From Bacillota bacterium (GTDB taxonomy: Bacteria; Bacillota; Limnochordia; Darwinibacteriales; DTU012): a stretch of DNA of 64,000 nucleotides. A program made the position numbers and the translations under genes. The notes below the pieces were generated by a model, which searched no databases, had not been told where the DNA came from, and saw nothing but the letters and a program-made list of their open reading frames with translations. The stretch spans positions 30,771-94,770 of the forward strand of contig JAAYNP010000031.1 in NCBI GenBank assembly GCA_012520795.1, given 5' to 3'. Below are positions 50,759 through 60,838 of this stretch, in pieces (within the stretch, counting starts at the first letter, position 1; every line of letters starts with the position of its first letter).

Positions 50759-51811
50759 CTAATTGAACAGAGCATCTGTAAAACTGGCGGGATCGAAATC
50801 CTGCAGGTCCCACATCTGCTCTCCGACACCAATCAGCTTCACGGGAAGTCTCAGCTCGTTGGCAAGCGCCAAAATAATTCCACCTTTCGCTGTACCATCA
50901 AGCTTCGTCAATACGATACCGGTCAGGGGTACTGCCTCTTTGAAAAGTTTTGCCTGTGACAGAGCATTTTGCCCTGTTGTGGCATCCACAACCAGCAGCA
51001 CTTCATCCAACTCACGGCCAAGTTCCCTCTTTGCGACACGGTACACTTTGCCCAACTCGACCATGAGGTTAGCCTTGGTATGCAAACGCCCGGCGGTGTC
51101 AACAATCAGGAACTCAGCCTGGCGAGCTTTTGCCGCAGCCACAGAATCAAAGGCAACCGCACTCGGGTCCGAACCCTCCTGGTGGGCAATCAAGTCTGCC
51201 CCCACCCGGTCAGCCCACACTCTCAACTGATCAACCGCCGCCGCTCGAAATGTATCACCGGCGCCCAAGACCACTTTGGCATGGCCCTGTTTAAAACGGT
51301 AGGCCAGTTTGCCGATTGTGGTAGTCTTGCCGACACCATTGACACCTACAACCATGATTACGGCCGGAGTATGATCAGGCAAAGCCAAAGGCCGGTGATC
51401 CCGGGACAGTAAAGCCGTGATTTCTGCTCTCAAGAGTTCACGGACCTGGCTGCTATCAGTAATCCGCTCCGTTTCCACCTTCTGTCTGATTCGACCGATC
51501 AATTCCAGGGTAGTAGTTACACCTACGTCAGCTTGAATCAAGATCTCTTCAAGCTCATCGAAGAGACTGTCATCTATATTCCGGCCCGTCAATAATTGGC
51601 CAATCCGATCAACAAACCCAGTGCGCGTTTTAGCCAAGCCCTGCTTCAAACGGGCAAACAATCCTGCTTGCGTAGGAACATCAACAGAATTATCTGCGGG
51701 TATTTCTGTTTTATTGGCAGTTTCCCTGTCACTACCCTCCTGGGCTGTTACACCCTGCGCGGTTCCTTTTTCGTCGCGCTTGTTCCTGGAAAACAACTTG
51801 CGTAACATCAC
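50759..51811 (-). CDS. ftsY: signal recognition particle receptor FtsY
   Basis: 350 aa; NG domain GVNGVGKTTTIGKLA; smc-ftsY synteny. Confidence 0.95.
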   Translation of the reverse strand: MMLRKLFSRNKRDEKGTAQGVTAQEGSDRETANKTEIPADNSVDVPTQAGLFARLKQGLAKTRTGFVDRIGQLLTGRNIDDSLFDELEEILIQADVGVTTTLELIGRIRQKVETERITDSSQVRELLRAEITALLSRDHRPLALPDHTPAVIMVVGVNGVGKTTTIGKLAYRFKQGHAKVVLGAGDTFRAAAVDQLRVWADRVGADLIAHQEGSDPSAVAFDSVAAAKARQAEFLIVDTAGRLHTKANLMVELGKVYRVAKRELGRELDEVLLVVDATTGQNALSQAKLFKEAVPLTGIVLTKLDGTAKGGIILALANELRLPVKLIGVGEQMWDLQDFDPASFTDALFN

Positions 51812-51822
51812 TTAATCGACTC

Positions 51823-54800
51823 CTATTCCTCTGATAATTGCACCGATATTAATTGGGAAGTTGCATCGTCAGCCATGGTAACGCCATAAAGGCGATCCGC
51901 TACTTCCATCGTACCTGGGCGGTGTGTAATCACCAAAAATTGCGCAGCCTGAGCGAGAAACCGCATCTGTTCTGCAAACCGCCTTAAATTAACCTCGTCC
52001 AAGCTGGCGTCAATCTCATCAAGTACAACAAATGGAGTTGGCTTTACTTTTCTAATTGCCAATAATAGTGCTATAGCCGTCAAAGCCCTTTCTCCCCCGG
52101 ATAACAACAGGAGGTTTTGCGGCTTTTTCCCCGGTGGCTGTGCAATAATATCGACACCACTGTCCAGGATGCTGTCGGGATCCGTAAGTTCCAAATCGGC
52201 TTTACCGCCTTTGAACAGCTGTTTGAACATCAATTGAAACTCCTGCCGCAGTTTCTGGTAAGTTTCCAAGAGACGTTCGGCACTGGTAGCATCGATCTCA
52301 GCAATAGTCTGATGCAGTGTTTCTTTCGCTTGGATCAAGTCATCGTATTGAGTCTGTAAAAAGAACACCCTTTCCTTCACAGCCTCATAATCCTGAAGGG
52401 CTGCAAGATTGACTACGCCAAGCTCCCGAATGGAGTTCTTCAGGCGGATTTCCATCGCCTGCAGTTCTTCCAGGCTTGATCTCGGTTCCCGGGCAGCAAC
52501 ATCGCTCCGATCCAGTTGTCTTTCCAGCAATTCTTCATCTATACGCCTTAGCTCCAGTTCAATGCGGTCCAGCTCAAGGCGATGGTTGTAGATTTTTTTG
52601 TCAATGCGCCTAATACGCGACTGCAGGGACTTCAACTGCTGGTTATATTGTTTTGTCTTTTCCTGAAGCCCCAAACGGGCTTCCTTACAGGCAGCTATCT
52701 GCTCCATTAATCTTTGTTTTCCTTCTCGGAGCTTTACTTGCCGTTCCTGATATTCAGCCGCTTCGATACGCAGCCGGGACTGCTGCGATTGAAGTTCGGC
52801 AACAGCCTGGTCAATTTCAGCGATGGCATTCTGGTCCGTACGGACCTGCTCCGTCACGGCCCGTTTTTGGGCCTCAAGCTGCTTTACTTCAGCCGCCGCG
52901 CCAGTCAAGGCAACTTTTGAGTTGGTTAGTGCCGTCGATTCCTGCTCCAATTCTTGGTCAAGAATTGCAATGGCCTGCTCCAAACCGTGAATCTGTTCAC
53001 GTTTGCTGGCTTCTGCCTGCTCCATAGAGGCAATGCTGTCACTTGCAGCCGCAGCCTGTTGTTCCAGTTCCCTGATGGTGGCCAGATGATCCTCTACCTG
53101 CTTATGCCTGGCATCCAGAAGCTGGGTAAGGTGCTGATGTTCTGCTTGATGTTTTGCCAATTCTGATGCGGCGGCTTTGATCTCCAGCCTGATTTGATAA
53201 AGCCTTGCTTGGGTTTGCACCTGTTGATCCTTTGTTCGGGAAAGCTCCTCTTCCAGGCTGGCCTTCGCTTCAATGAGAATTTCAATTCGGCTGCGGAGTT
53301 CTTCCTGGTTCTGTTCCAGGCGGGCAATTTCATTCTTGCGGGCCAGCAATCCTGAAGACTTTTGGCTGATACTGCCTCCAGTCAGAGAACCGCTGGGCAT
53401 CACAACCTCTCCTGCCAGGGTGACTATCCGGTTGAAGCTTTTCAGCTTACGCTGCATGTTAAGTGCGGCATCCAAATCCTTCACTACCACAATTCTACCC
53501 AGCAGCGCTGACAGGGCAGGTGTGTATATTGGGTCGAATTGCACGAGATCCAATGCCGGGCCTATACAATCTTCATCTTGCCAAAATCGCTGATAATCCT
53601 TGGGAAACTGGCTTCCTTTGATATTGCTCAAAGGCAAAAAAGTACAGCGGCCAGCTTGGTGCCTTTTCAACCACTCAATCGCCAATTTCGCATCTTTTTC
53701 ATCTGGGGTGATCAGATACTGCAGCCCGGAGCCTAGGGCAACTTCAATCGCAGTTTCCAAACCTTGAGGGACGCAAATCACATCCGCAACTGTACCCAGG
53801 ATCCGGAAGTCTGCTTCGCCGGCCTGCATCAAACGCCGCACACTAGTACTATAACCTTCGTATTCCTTCTCCAACTCCCTTAATGCCTGGAGCCGGCTGA
53901 CAGTGCGTCCGAACTGGCCGGTATGTTCCTTCTCTTGACGGGCCACCTGTTCCAGTTCCTGCACAATCCTATCGTATTCCCTGTCCGATTCCAACAGCTG
54001 CTGTTCGGACTCCGACTCCTGCCGGCGCAAGGATTTCTGGTTTTTGACCAGTTCTGCATTCAGGCGGCGCTGCTCTTCCAATGCTTGTTCAAGCTGCTGA
54101 GCTTCCTCACTGATAAACTGAATCTGCTGCTTAAGCTGCTGCATCTGCTGCTGATAGCTGAGACCATAATTCCGGGCATCTGCCAACTCGCGGACAAACT
54201 CGATAAAAGCGCTTTTTTCCAGCTCGAGCTGCTGACGCTGCTGCTGCAAAGCTTCCCTTTTCCGGCTTAAGGTTTGCTCAGCATCGGATACACTTTCTTC
54301 CAGCTTATGGTATTGCTCATGTTTAAGACTTAATACATCGCCTAGTTCTTTCAGCTGGACTTCGAGGTTCCTGATCTGTTCGATGTGACTGTCTTTTGCC
54401 TTAAGGCGCAGTTCCTGGCTAAGCTGGTTGTGTGCCAATCGTTCTTCAATCAGCCCCGCTGCCTGCATTGCCTGGTTTATCTGCTCATTTAAACCAGCAA
54501 GCTCATCCTGGAGTAGTTCGATAGTGTATTCAAGCTGGGACAGCTGTTCCTGATCAGTCAAGGAAGCCTGTTCCACGCCTTGGTACTCAGCGGTCAACCG
54601 TTCAGCATCGTTCTCACATGTATGCAAAGCCTCGGCGTGTTGCTGCTGTTTGCGGCTTAACTCGCCGAGTTTAAGTGCGATTTTGTCGAGAACAACCCTC
54701 TCCAGTTCAGCAGAGAGGTTCTGATATTCTCTTGCTTTTTTGGCCTGAGTTTCCAAAGGCACCAACTGCTCTTTTAGTTCAGATAAAAGATCTGATACGC

Positions 54801-55368
54801 GTACCAAATCGAATTCTGTTTGAGCGATTTTTTTCTGGGCCTGTTCCTTGCGCTGGCGGTACTTGATGATGCCAGCGGTTTCCTCCAGAATGAAACGCCT
54901 GTCCAGTGGATTGATACTCAGAATTGCATCAACCTGGCCCTGCCCGATAATGGCATAGCCTTCCCGGCCCAAACCTGTGTCAGTAAACAAGTCTTGAATA
55001 TCACGCAAACGGCAGGGCTGGCGGTTGATCAGAAAATCACTTTCGCCTGAACGGTAAACCCGCCTGGTAATTGTGACTTCACTATAATCAACGGGAAGAA
55101 ACCCATCACTGTTATCCAAAGTTAGCTGCACTTCAGCCATGCCGAGAGGCTTCTTGCCATCGCTTCCCGCAAAAATCACGTCCTCCAGCTTGGCTCCCCG
55201 CAGGCTTTTGATACTCTGCTCGCCCAATACCCACCGGATGGCATCGTAAATGTTGCTTTTGCCTGCGCCATTCGGCCCGACAATGGCGGTGATCCCCTCG
55301 TCGAAATCCAGTACAACTTTATTTGCAAAAGACTTGAATCCAACCAGCTCCAACCGCTTGAGACGCAT
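51823..55368 (-). CDS. smc: chromosome segregation protein SMC
   Basis: 1181 aa; N-terminal Walker A GPNGAGKSNI, long coiled coils with a hinge, and the C-terminal LSGGE signature. Confidence 0.95.
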   Translation of the reverse strand: MRLKRLELVGFKSFANKVVLDFDEGITAIVGPNGAGKSNIYDAIRWVLGEQSIKSLRGAKLEDVIFAGSDGKKPLGMAEVQLTLDNSDGFLPVDYSEVTITRRVYRSGESDFLINRQPCRLRDIQDLFTDTGLGREGYAIIGQGQVDAILSINPLDRRFILEETAGIIKYRQRKEQAQKKIAQTEFDLVRVSDLLSELKEQLVPLETQAKKAREYQNLSAELERVVLDKIALKLGELSRKQQQHAEALHTCENDAERLTAEYQGVEQASLTDQEQLSQLEYTIELLQDELAGLNEQINQAMQAAGLIEERLAHNQLSQELRLKAKDSHIEQIRNLEVQLKELGDVLSLKHEQYHKLEESVSDAEQTLSRKREALQQQRQQLELEKSAFIEFVRELADARNYGLSYQQQMQQLKQQIQFISEEAQQLEQALEEQRRLNAELVKNQKSLRRQESESEQQLLESDREYDRIVQELEQVARQEKEHTGQFGRTVSRLQALRELEKEYEGYSTSVRRLMQAGEADFRILGTVADVICVPQGLETAIEVALGSGLQYLITPDEKDAKLAIEWLKRHQAGRCTFLPLSNIKGSQFPKDYQRFWQDEDCIGPALDLVQFDPIYTPALSALLGRIVVVKDLDAALNMQRKLKSFNRIVTLAGEVVMPSGSLTGGSISQKSSGLLARKNEIARLEQNQEELRSRIEILIEAKASLEEELSRTKDQQVQTQARLYQIRLEIKAAASELAKHQAEHQHLTQLLDARHKQVEDHLATIRELEQQAAAASDSIASMEQAEASKREQIHGLEQAIAILDQELEQESTALTNSKVALTGAAAEVKQLEAQKRAVTEQVRTDQNAIAEIDQAVAELQSQQSRLRIEAAEYQERQVKLREGKQRLMEQIAACKEARLGLQEKTKQYNQQLKSLQSRIRRIDKKIYNHRLELDRIELELRRIDEELLERQLDRSDVAAREPRSSLEELQAMEIRLKNSIRELGVVNLAALQDYEAVKERVFFLQTQYDDLIQAKETLHQTIAEIDATSAERLLETYQKLRQEFQLMFKQLFKGGKADLELTDPDSILDSGVDIIAQPPGKKPQNLLLLSGGERALTAIALLLAIRKVKPTPFVVLDEIDASLDEVNLRRFAEQMRFLAQAAQFLVITHRPGTMEVADRLYGVTMADDATSQLISVQLSEE

Positions 55369-55446
55369 GATAACCTCCAGTGAAGTAAATTGATCGCCTT
55401 AAATATTGTACCATAAACTGCTCAATATTTGATAAAAACTGGAGGA

Positions 55447-56151
55447 TTACCCCCCCAGTTTTAGATATAAATCCTTCCGCTTGCGGACCACCAACGGTAC
55501 CTGCGGGCTTAACAACGAACCGTATTCAGAAATCAACCTGCGCAGTTTAGTTTTTACCCTTGTACGGGCATTGTCGATCACTTTTGCCCCCACCCCGATC
55601 GTTTCCTCAATCTCACCGCTGGTATAACCACTCAAGAGCATCATAATCACAGAGTACTCCAACAGGGATAGATGATTGACCAGGAGCCGGTTAAGATACT
55701 GGGAGACGAATTTCTCTTCGATCATCCGTTCCGGATCGATCGTCGAATCTCCAGCGCTCACCAGATCAAGCACAATCCTGGAATCGTCTCCACCAAGCTG
55801 CGCCTGCAGCGACAGCGCCTCGTTCAGTGCCTTGTGTTTGTTGCCGTTGGTCTGTTTGATTACATTATAGATTTTGCGAATGATGCAAATGTAGGCAAAT
55901 GAACTGAACTTGACATCATACTGATCCGGTTTATACTCATCAATGGCACTCAGCAAGCCGATAACCCCTTCTTGAAGCAAGTCATCAAAGTCAAGGAAAC
56001 TGGCGTAGAAATTACGGACAATGTGCTTAACCATGGGTACATACTTGAGCACCAGTTTCTCTTTAGCATCCTGGTCACCTAAACGAATTCTGGCAATCAG
56101 GTTGAAATCTCTTTGCTGATTTAGATCGCCACGGCGTTGAGCCCTCTCCAT
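55447..56151 (-). CDS. sigma-70 family sigma factor, SigH-like subgroup
   Basis: Region 2 (DLLQEGVIGLLSAIDEYKPDQ...FSSFAYICIIRKI) and region 4 (LSGYTSGEIEETIGVGAKVIDNARTRVKTKL) align closely to B. subtilis SigH. I prefer the start at the second Met (MERAQRRGD), which is preceded by GGGGGAGGAG. Confidence 0.75.
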   Translation of the reverse strand: MERAQRRGDLNQQRDFNLIARIRLGDQDAKEKLVLKYVPMVKHIVRNFYASFLDFDDLLQEGVIGLLSAIDEYKPDQYDVKFSSFAYICIIRKIYNVIKQTNGNKHKALNEALSLQAQLGGDDSRIVLDLVSAGDSTIDPERMIEEKFVSQYLNRLLVNHLSLLEYSVIMMLLSGYTSGEIEETIGVGAKVIDNARTRVKTKLRRLISEYGSLLSPQVPLVVRKRKDLYLKLGG

Positions 56152-56399
56152 TGTTTCTCCTCCCCCGGCTGTTGATGGCATGTCTGTCAGCGTTTCAGTA
56201 TTATCTATATGAGGAGAAACTCCGTATATGCCTAATTTTGCTGTGCTGCTTGCACCAGTTTTCCATAATTCATGGAAATTTCGGTGGTGGCAGCCTTATC
56301 TGTACAAATATATCCATGTTTTATGTAAAGGTATTCCACCTTAAGATCATAATTTTACATTTAACATGGGCCGTGGCTCATAGATTGGTGGGGAATGCG

Positions 56400-56975
56400 T
56401 TGCAGCTCAATGAAACCCTTGCATATATGGCAGCACTTATCCGGGAAAATCCGAGCATCACAGTTCGGGAAATCGCCAATCATCTTAAGTTTGCCGATAA
56501 CAAATCGGTTTACTATTGGCTAAGTAAGGCAAACTACCAGGGCATTGGTGATTTTAAACAGGCGGTCTTGAAAGAACATGCCGACCGCCTTGACGGTTTG
56601 TCAGTACTGCAGAACGGGGTCACCAAGTTTCTGGTCAAAGTCCCGGTAAAGCCATGGAACCAAAAAAAGACAGATCCGGCACAAACCTGGGTTTACTTGT
56701 TTTATGAAGCCCCCAATCCGGAAGGGTTGTTTGCGGTTAATGTCGAAACCAACGAATTCAGCCCATGGTTTATCGAGGGGGACTTGATTGTTGTTAATTC
56801 CGCAATTGGCAAAGTTGGCTCCGGTTGGGTTTTGTTGAAAAAAGGCCGGGCATATCTGATTGGGCGGCGCTATGCCGGCAGCAGGCTTTTGCATGTCAAT
56901 ACTCTCAACCCCATCCCCCGCACCGGCCTTACAGAAATAGGAGAGATTGTCCAACTCTGGCGCATTTGGTCTTAG
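56400..56975 (+). CDS. hypothetical LexA-fold protein: N-terminal winged HTH + C-terminal S24-like beta domain apparently lacking Ser/Lys dyad
   Basis: It is divergent from the sigma gene. I prefer a TTG start after GGTGGGG, giving a product MQLNETLAYMAALIRENPSITVREIANHLKFADNKSVYYWLSKANYQG... The C-terminal part is LexA/S24-like in pattern. The track ORF upstream of about 56400 translates AT-rich promoter DNA. Confidence 0.45.
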   Translation: MQLNETLAYMAALIRENPSITVREIANHLKFADNKSVYYWLSKANYQGIGDFKQAVLKEHADRLDGLSVLQNGVTKFLVKVPVKPWNQKKTDPAQTWVYLFYEAPNPEGLFAVNVETNEFSPWFIEGDLIVVNSAIGKVGSGWVLLKKGRAYLIGRRYAGSRLLHVNTLNPIPRTGLTEIGEIVQLWRIWS

Positions 56976-57670
56976 GACTGAAAGTCAAGGTTGACCAAAG
57001 CTTCCCTGGCTGCATTTTGAGCAGCTTCTTTTTTTGTCCTCCCTGTACCCCTACCCAAGACTTTGTTTTTGAATACGACCTCGATCACGAATTCTTTGGC
57101 ATGATCCGGACCATGTTCGCGTGTCGTGTGATACGTTGGCAAATCCTGCCCGTACTGTTGCAAGCGTTCCTGCAGAGTGCTCTTGGCATCGATAATCGGC
57201 AGCTGCTCCTCCAAATCTTTCCCCTCCAACCATGACAGGTGCCTGAGGATTATGGGCCTTGCCGCATCCAGGCCAGAGTCAAGGTAAACCGCGCCGATCA
57301 CTGCCTCATAGACGTCACACAGAAGCGAATCCCTCTCAAACGCACGGGTGGCGGCTGCGCTTTTGGCAACTCGTAAATATTTGTCCAATCCAAGCGTACG
57401 GGCATGGGAAGCCAAGGTGGGCTGGCTGACCAAGAATGCCCTGATTTTTGCAAGCCTGCCTTCTTCAAAACCTAGATACTGATGATACAAATGATCACTG
57501 ACTATAATCTGCAGGACGGCATCCCCAAGAAACTCCAGCCGTTCGTTGTTCTTCTGCGGCTCTCCCGGACAAAGTGATTTGTGGGTTAATGCCAGCTTCA
57601 GCAGAGTCCGGTCCTTAAACCGGTAGTCCAGGTTATTCTCGAGTTCGGATAAGGAATACTCCTTATTCAT
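56972..57670 (-). CDS. rnc: ribonuclease III
   Basis: ERLEFLGDAVL catalytic signature and a C-terminal dsRBD. I prefer the start at MNKEYSLSELE. Confidence 0.9.
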   Translation of the reverse strand: MNKEYSLSELENNLDYRFKDRTLLKLALTHKSLCPGEPQKNNERLEFLGDAVLQIIVSDHLYHQYLGFEEGRLAKIRAFLVSQPTLASHARTLGLDKYLRVAKSAAATRAFERDSLLCDVYEAVIGAVYLDSGLDAARPIILRHLSWLEGKDLEEQLPIIDAKSTLQERLQQYGQDLPTYHTTREHGPDHAKEFVIEVVFKNKVLGRGTGRTKKEAAQNAAREALVNLDFQS

Positions 57671-58910
57671 TGGAACTACCCCACCGCCGCATTGCCAGTA
57701 CCGCATTATGGCCGCCAAAACCAAATGAGTTGTTTATTGCCACTTCCAGATCAACCTTGCGCGCTTGATTGGGAACATAATCAAGATCGCAATCTGGATC
57801 AGGGTATTCATAATTATAAGTACCGGGAATGGTTTGATGTTTCAGGGCGAGGGCACAGATTCCTGCTTCCAACGCTCCTGACGCCCCCAGGAGATGCCCT
57901 GTCAACGATTTTGTACTGCTGACCGGAATTTGATACGCCCGCTCACCAAAAACCTTCTTGATTGCCAAGGTTTCATAGTAGTCGTTGTACCTGGTGCCGG
58001 TACCATGGGCGTTGATATAACCCACATCATTGACAGTGATTCGTGCATCCGCCAAGGCTTCCTTGATTGCCCGCTGAGCCCCTTCATGTTCCGGTGCAGG
58101 CGAAGTGATGTGATAAGCATCGCCGCTGACGCCATAGCCAATTATTTCGCAGTAGATGTCTGCACTGCGGGCCTGAGCATTGCCCAATTCTTCCAGCACT
58201 AATACACAGGCCCCTTCGCCCATTACAAAGCCGTCCCTCTGCTGATCAAACGGTCGGCTGGCCCGCTCAGGTTCATCATTGCGGGCCGACAAAGCCCTAG
58301 CGGCAATGAATCCAGCCATGGACAAAGGGGTGACTCCTGCTTCCGCTCCTCCAGCCAGCATTGCATCAGCATTACCGCGGGCGATTATTCTATAGGCATC
58401 ACCAATGGAATGGGTCCCTGAGGCACAGGCAGTAACTGTACAAGAATTCGGGCCTTTGGCTCCAGTGATTATTGCCGTCTGCCCGCTGGCCATATCGGGA
58501 ATCAACATGGGTACCAGAAAAGGGCTCACTTTGCCTACGCCTTTCTCCCTTAGAACCTGTGCCTGCTTTTCAATAGTGCTTACGCCGCCGATCCCTGAAC
58601 CAATCAACACACCTATGCGAGGCGCATTTGCCCCTGTGATCTTTAGTCTGGCATCACTCAAGCTCTGTACGGCTGCAGCAACCGCATATTGACAGAACAG
58701 GTCCATCCGCCTGATTTCTTTCGGCTCAAGATACTCGGCAGGGTCAAAATCCTTTACCTCGGCAGCAATCTGGACTGGGTAATCGGACGCATCAAAACGC
58801 GTTACCCTCCCGACACCACTGACACCTTTAAGCAGATTCTCCCATAGTTGATCTTTTTTCCCCAAAGGAGAGATGACGCCTATTCCCGTCACAACGACTC
58901 TCCGTTCCAT
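57663..58910 (-). CDS. fabF: 3-oxoacyl-ACP synthase II
   Basis: 415 aa KAS II with active-site Cys region (...TACASGTHSIG...) and the His-His motifs. Confidence 0.95.
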   Translation of the reverse strand: MERRVVVTGIGVISPLGKKDQLWENLLKGVSGVGRVTRFDASDYPVQIAAEVKDFDPAEYLEPKEIRRMDLFCQYAVAAAVQSLSDARLKITGANAPRIGVLIGSGIGGVSTIEKQAQVLREKGVGKVSPFLVPMLIPDMASGQTAIITGAKGPNSCTVTACASGTHSIGDAYRIIARGNADAMLAGGAEAGVTPLSMAGFIAARALSARNDEPERASRPFDQQRDGFVMGEGACVLVLEELGNAQARSADIYCEIIGYGVSGDAYHITSPAPEHEGAQRAIKEALADARITVNDVGYINAHGTGTRYNDYYETLAIKKVFGERAYQIPVSSTKSLTGHLLGASGALEAGICALALKHQTIPGTYNYEYPDPDCDLDYVPNQARKVDLEVAINNSFGFGGHNAVLAMRRWGSSNE

Positions 58911-58931
58911 GATTCCACCTCACAGGATATG

Positions 58932-58963
58932 AAAAATGAGACCCTAGCTTACCTAGGGGTCTC
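58932..58963 (-). terminator. rho-independent terminator/attenuator after acpP (approx)
   Basis: On the minus strand a stem of about 10 bp (GAGACCCCTAG/CTAGGGTCTC, one bulge) is followed by ATTTTTC, between acpP and fabF. Confidence 0.5.
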
Positions 58964-58971
58964 AATCTGTA

Positions 58972-59205
58972 CTAGCTTGTATGATTCTTGATATATTTGA
59001 CAGCGTCGGCAACAGTATTTATGGTTTCGGCATCTTCATCCGGAATTTTAATGTCAAATTCCTCCTCAAAAGCCATCACCAACTCCACAACATCCAAGGA
59101 GTCGGCGCCAAGATCATCCTGAAACGATGCTTCCAGCGTCACCTCCTCAGGTTTCGCCCCTAACTGCTCAACCAAAATGTCTCTGATCCTGTCTAGAACT
59201 TCCAC
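58972..59205 (-). CDS. acpP: acyl carrier protein
   Basis: 77 aa; [12 protein letters not shown] phosphopantetheine attachment site. Confidence 0.95.
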   Translation of the reverse strand: MEVLDRIRDILVEQLGAKPEEVTLEASFQDDLGADSLDVVELVMAFEEEFDIKIPDEDAETINTVADAVKYIKNHTS

Positions 59206-59232
59206 TTGAAGTCACCTCCTTGCGCCAACTGA

Positions 59233-59964
59233 TTATATTACAAGGCCGCCGTCTACATGGAAGACTTGGCCTGTAATGTACTGATTTGCATCGGATGCCA
59301 AAAAATACACCAGTTCTGCCACATCATCCACACGGCCGATCCGGCCGAGGGGAATTAGATTCACAATGGACTGCTTCTGCTGTTCATTCATCACTCGAGT
59401 CATATCAGTATCAATATACCCGGGAGCTACGGCATTTACTAATATCTGCCGCGATGCCACCTCTTTGGCTAACGACTTGGTCAATCCGATAATACCAGCT
59501 TTTGCCGCCGAGTAGTTAACCTGCCCCGGATTTCCCGCCACGCCCACAACAGATGCAATATTGACGATACGTCCAGAGCGCTGTTTCAGCATCTGGCGGA
59601 TGACAGCTCGGCAAACATAAAATGTACCGGTCAAATTCACCTGCAGCACCTGCTCCCAGTCCTCATCGCTCATGCGCATCAGCAGATTGTCTCTGGTGAT
59701 CCCGGCGTTGTTCACAACCACATCGATTCTGCCAAACCGTTCTACAACTCTATTAACAAGTTCGTTAACCTGCGTTGGATCACTCACATCTGCCTTTACC
59801 GGCATAATTCTGGAATGGGCATACTCGGTTATAAGATTTTCACTGCGGGCGCATGCCGCCACATTCATCCCAGCCTGCGCCAACCGCATGGCGATGGCTT
59901 TGCCAATGCCCCGAGAAGCGCCAGTAACGACAGCCGTTTTCGCCTGTTGACTCAAAGCATCCAC
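59233..59964 (-). CDS. fabG: 3-oxoacyl-ACP reductase
   Basis: 243 aa SDR with TGASRGIGKAIA and the catalytic YSAAK motif. Confidence 0.95.
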   Translation of the reverse strand: MDALSQQAKTAVVTGASRGIGKAIAMRLAQAGMNVAACARSENLITEYAHSRIMPVKADVSDPTQVNELVNRVVERFGRIDVVVNNAGITRDNLLMRMSDEDWEQVLQVNLTGTFYVCRAVIRQMLKQRSGRIVNIASVVGVAGNPGQVNYSAAKAGIIGLTKSLAKEVASRQILVNAVAPGYIDTDMTRVMNEQQKQSIVNLIPLGRIGRVDDVAELVYFLASDANQYITGQVFHVDGGLVI

Positions 59965-59968
59965 CTCT

Positions 59969-60838
59969 TTAAGGATAGGAAATCACTTCCATGGTCTTAG
60001 CAATCCGTCTGGTAAGGCCTGTCAAAACTTTTCCAGGGCCAATCTCGACCAACTTGGCTACCCCCAAGCGTTCTATGGCGTGAATGTTATTAATCCACTG
60101 CACCGAACTGGTAATCTGACCGACCAGTTCCATTTTAACCTGTTCGCTGCCAGTAATCAAGCCGCTGTTTATATTACTGATCACCGGAACTTTTGGATCG
60201 GAAAAGGAAAAATCCTTAAGGTATGCCTCAAACCCTTCAGCGGCTTCCTGCATCAAGGGAGAATGAAACGGTCCGCTGACCTTCAAACGGACAACTCTTC
60301 TGGCTCCTCGCTGTACCGAAAGATCGCATGCGTAGTCAATTGCTTCCACTTCACCACTTAGCACACACTGCTCGGGACTGTTATAATTGGCAATGGTAAT
60401 CGAACCGCAGGCGGCTGCCTGCGCTGCAATACTCTCAACAACAGTACAATCCAAACCCAACACAGCCACCATCTTGCCAACCTTGGCACAAGCAGCCATC
60501 AGTTCTCCGCGCTTGGCGGTTATTCGTACACCATCGTCAAACCCAATCGCACCAGACGCTATCAATGCCGTAACTTCACCAAGGCTGTGTCCGAGCAGCA
60601 CTTGCGGTGTTACCGTTTTGCTGAGGATTGCCCAATGGCTGATACAGGTGACCATTATCGCAACTTGAGCGAACCGAGTGTTGGAAAGCTGTTCTATTGG
60701 GCCGCTTTGGCACAGCTCCAGCAGGTTATACCCCAAGATCTCGCTTGCCCTGTCAAAATACTCACACCGGGTGGCGTTCAGTTCTCCCGCCATGCCGATA
60801 TGCTGTACACCTTGGCCGGGAAATGCAGCTGCAATCAT
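59969..60838 (-). CDS. fabD: malonyl CoA-ACP transacylase
   Basis: GHSLGE active-site motif; 289 aa. Confidence 0.95.
   Translation of the reverse strand: MIAAAFPGQGVQHIGMAGELNATRCEYFDRASEILGYNLLELCQSGPIEQLSNTRFAQVAIMVTCISHWAILSKTVTPQVLLGHSLGEVTALIASGAIGFDDGVRITAKRGELMAACAKVGKMVAVLGLDCTVVESIAAQAAACGSITIANYNSPEQCVLSGEVEAIDYACDLSVQRGARRVVRLKVSGPFHSPLMQEAAEGFEAYLKDFSFSDPKVPVISNINSGLITGSEQVKMELVGQITSSVQWINNIHAIERLGVAKLVEIGPGKVLTGLTRRIAKTMEVISYP

Noticed and set aside
56151-56399. First 83 codons of the plus-strand track ORF upstream of the LexA-like protein
   Set aside because: It is the AT-rich divergent promoter region. The translation is low-complexity (LLCCLHQFSIIHGNFGGG...). It overlaps the sigma gene start, and a credible RBS/TTG lies at about 56400.
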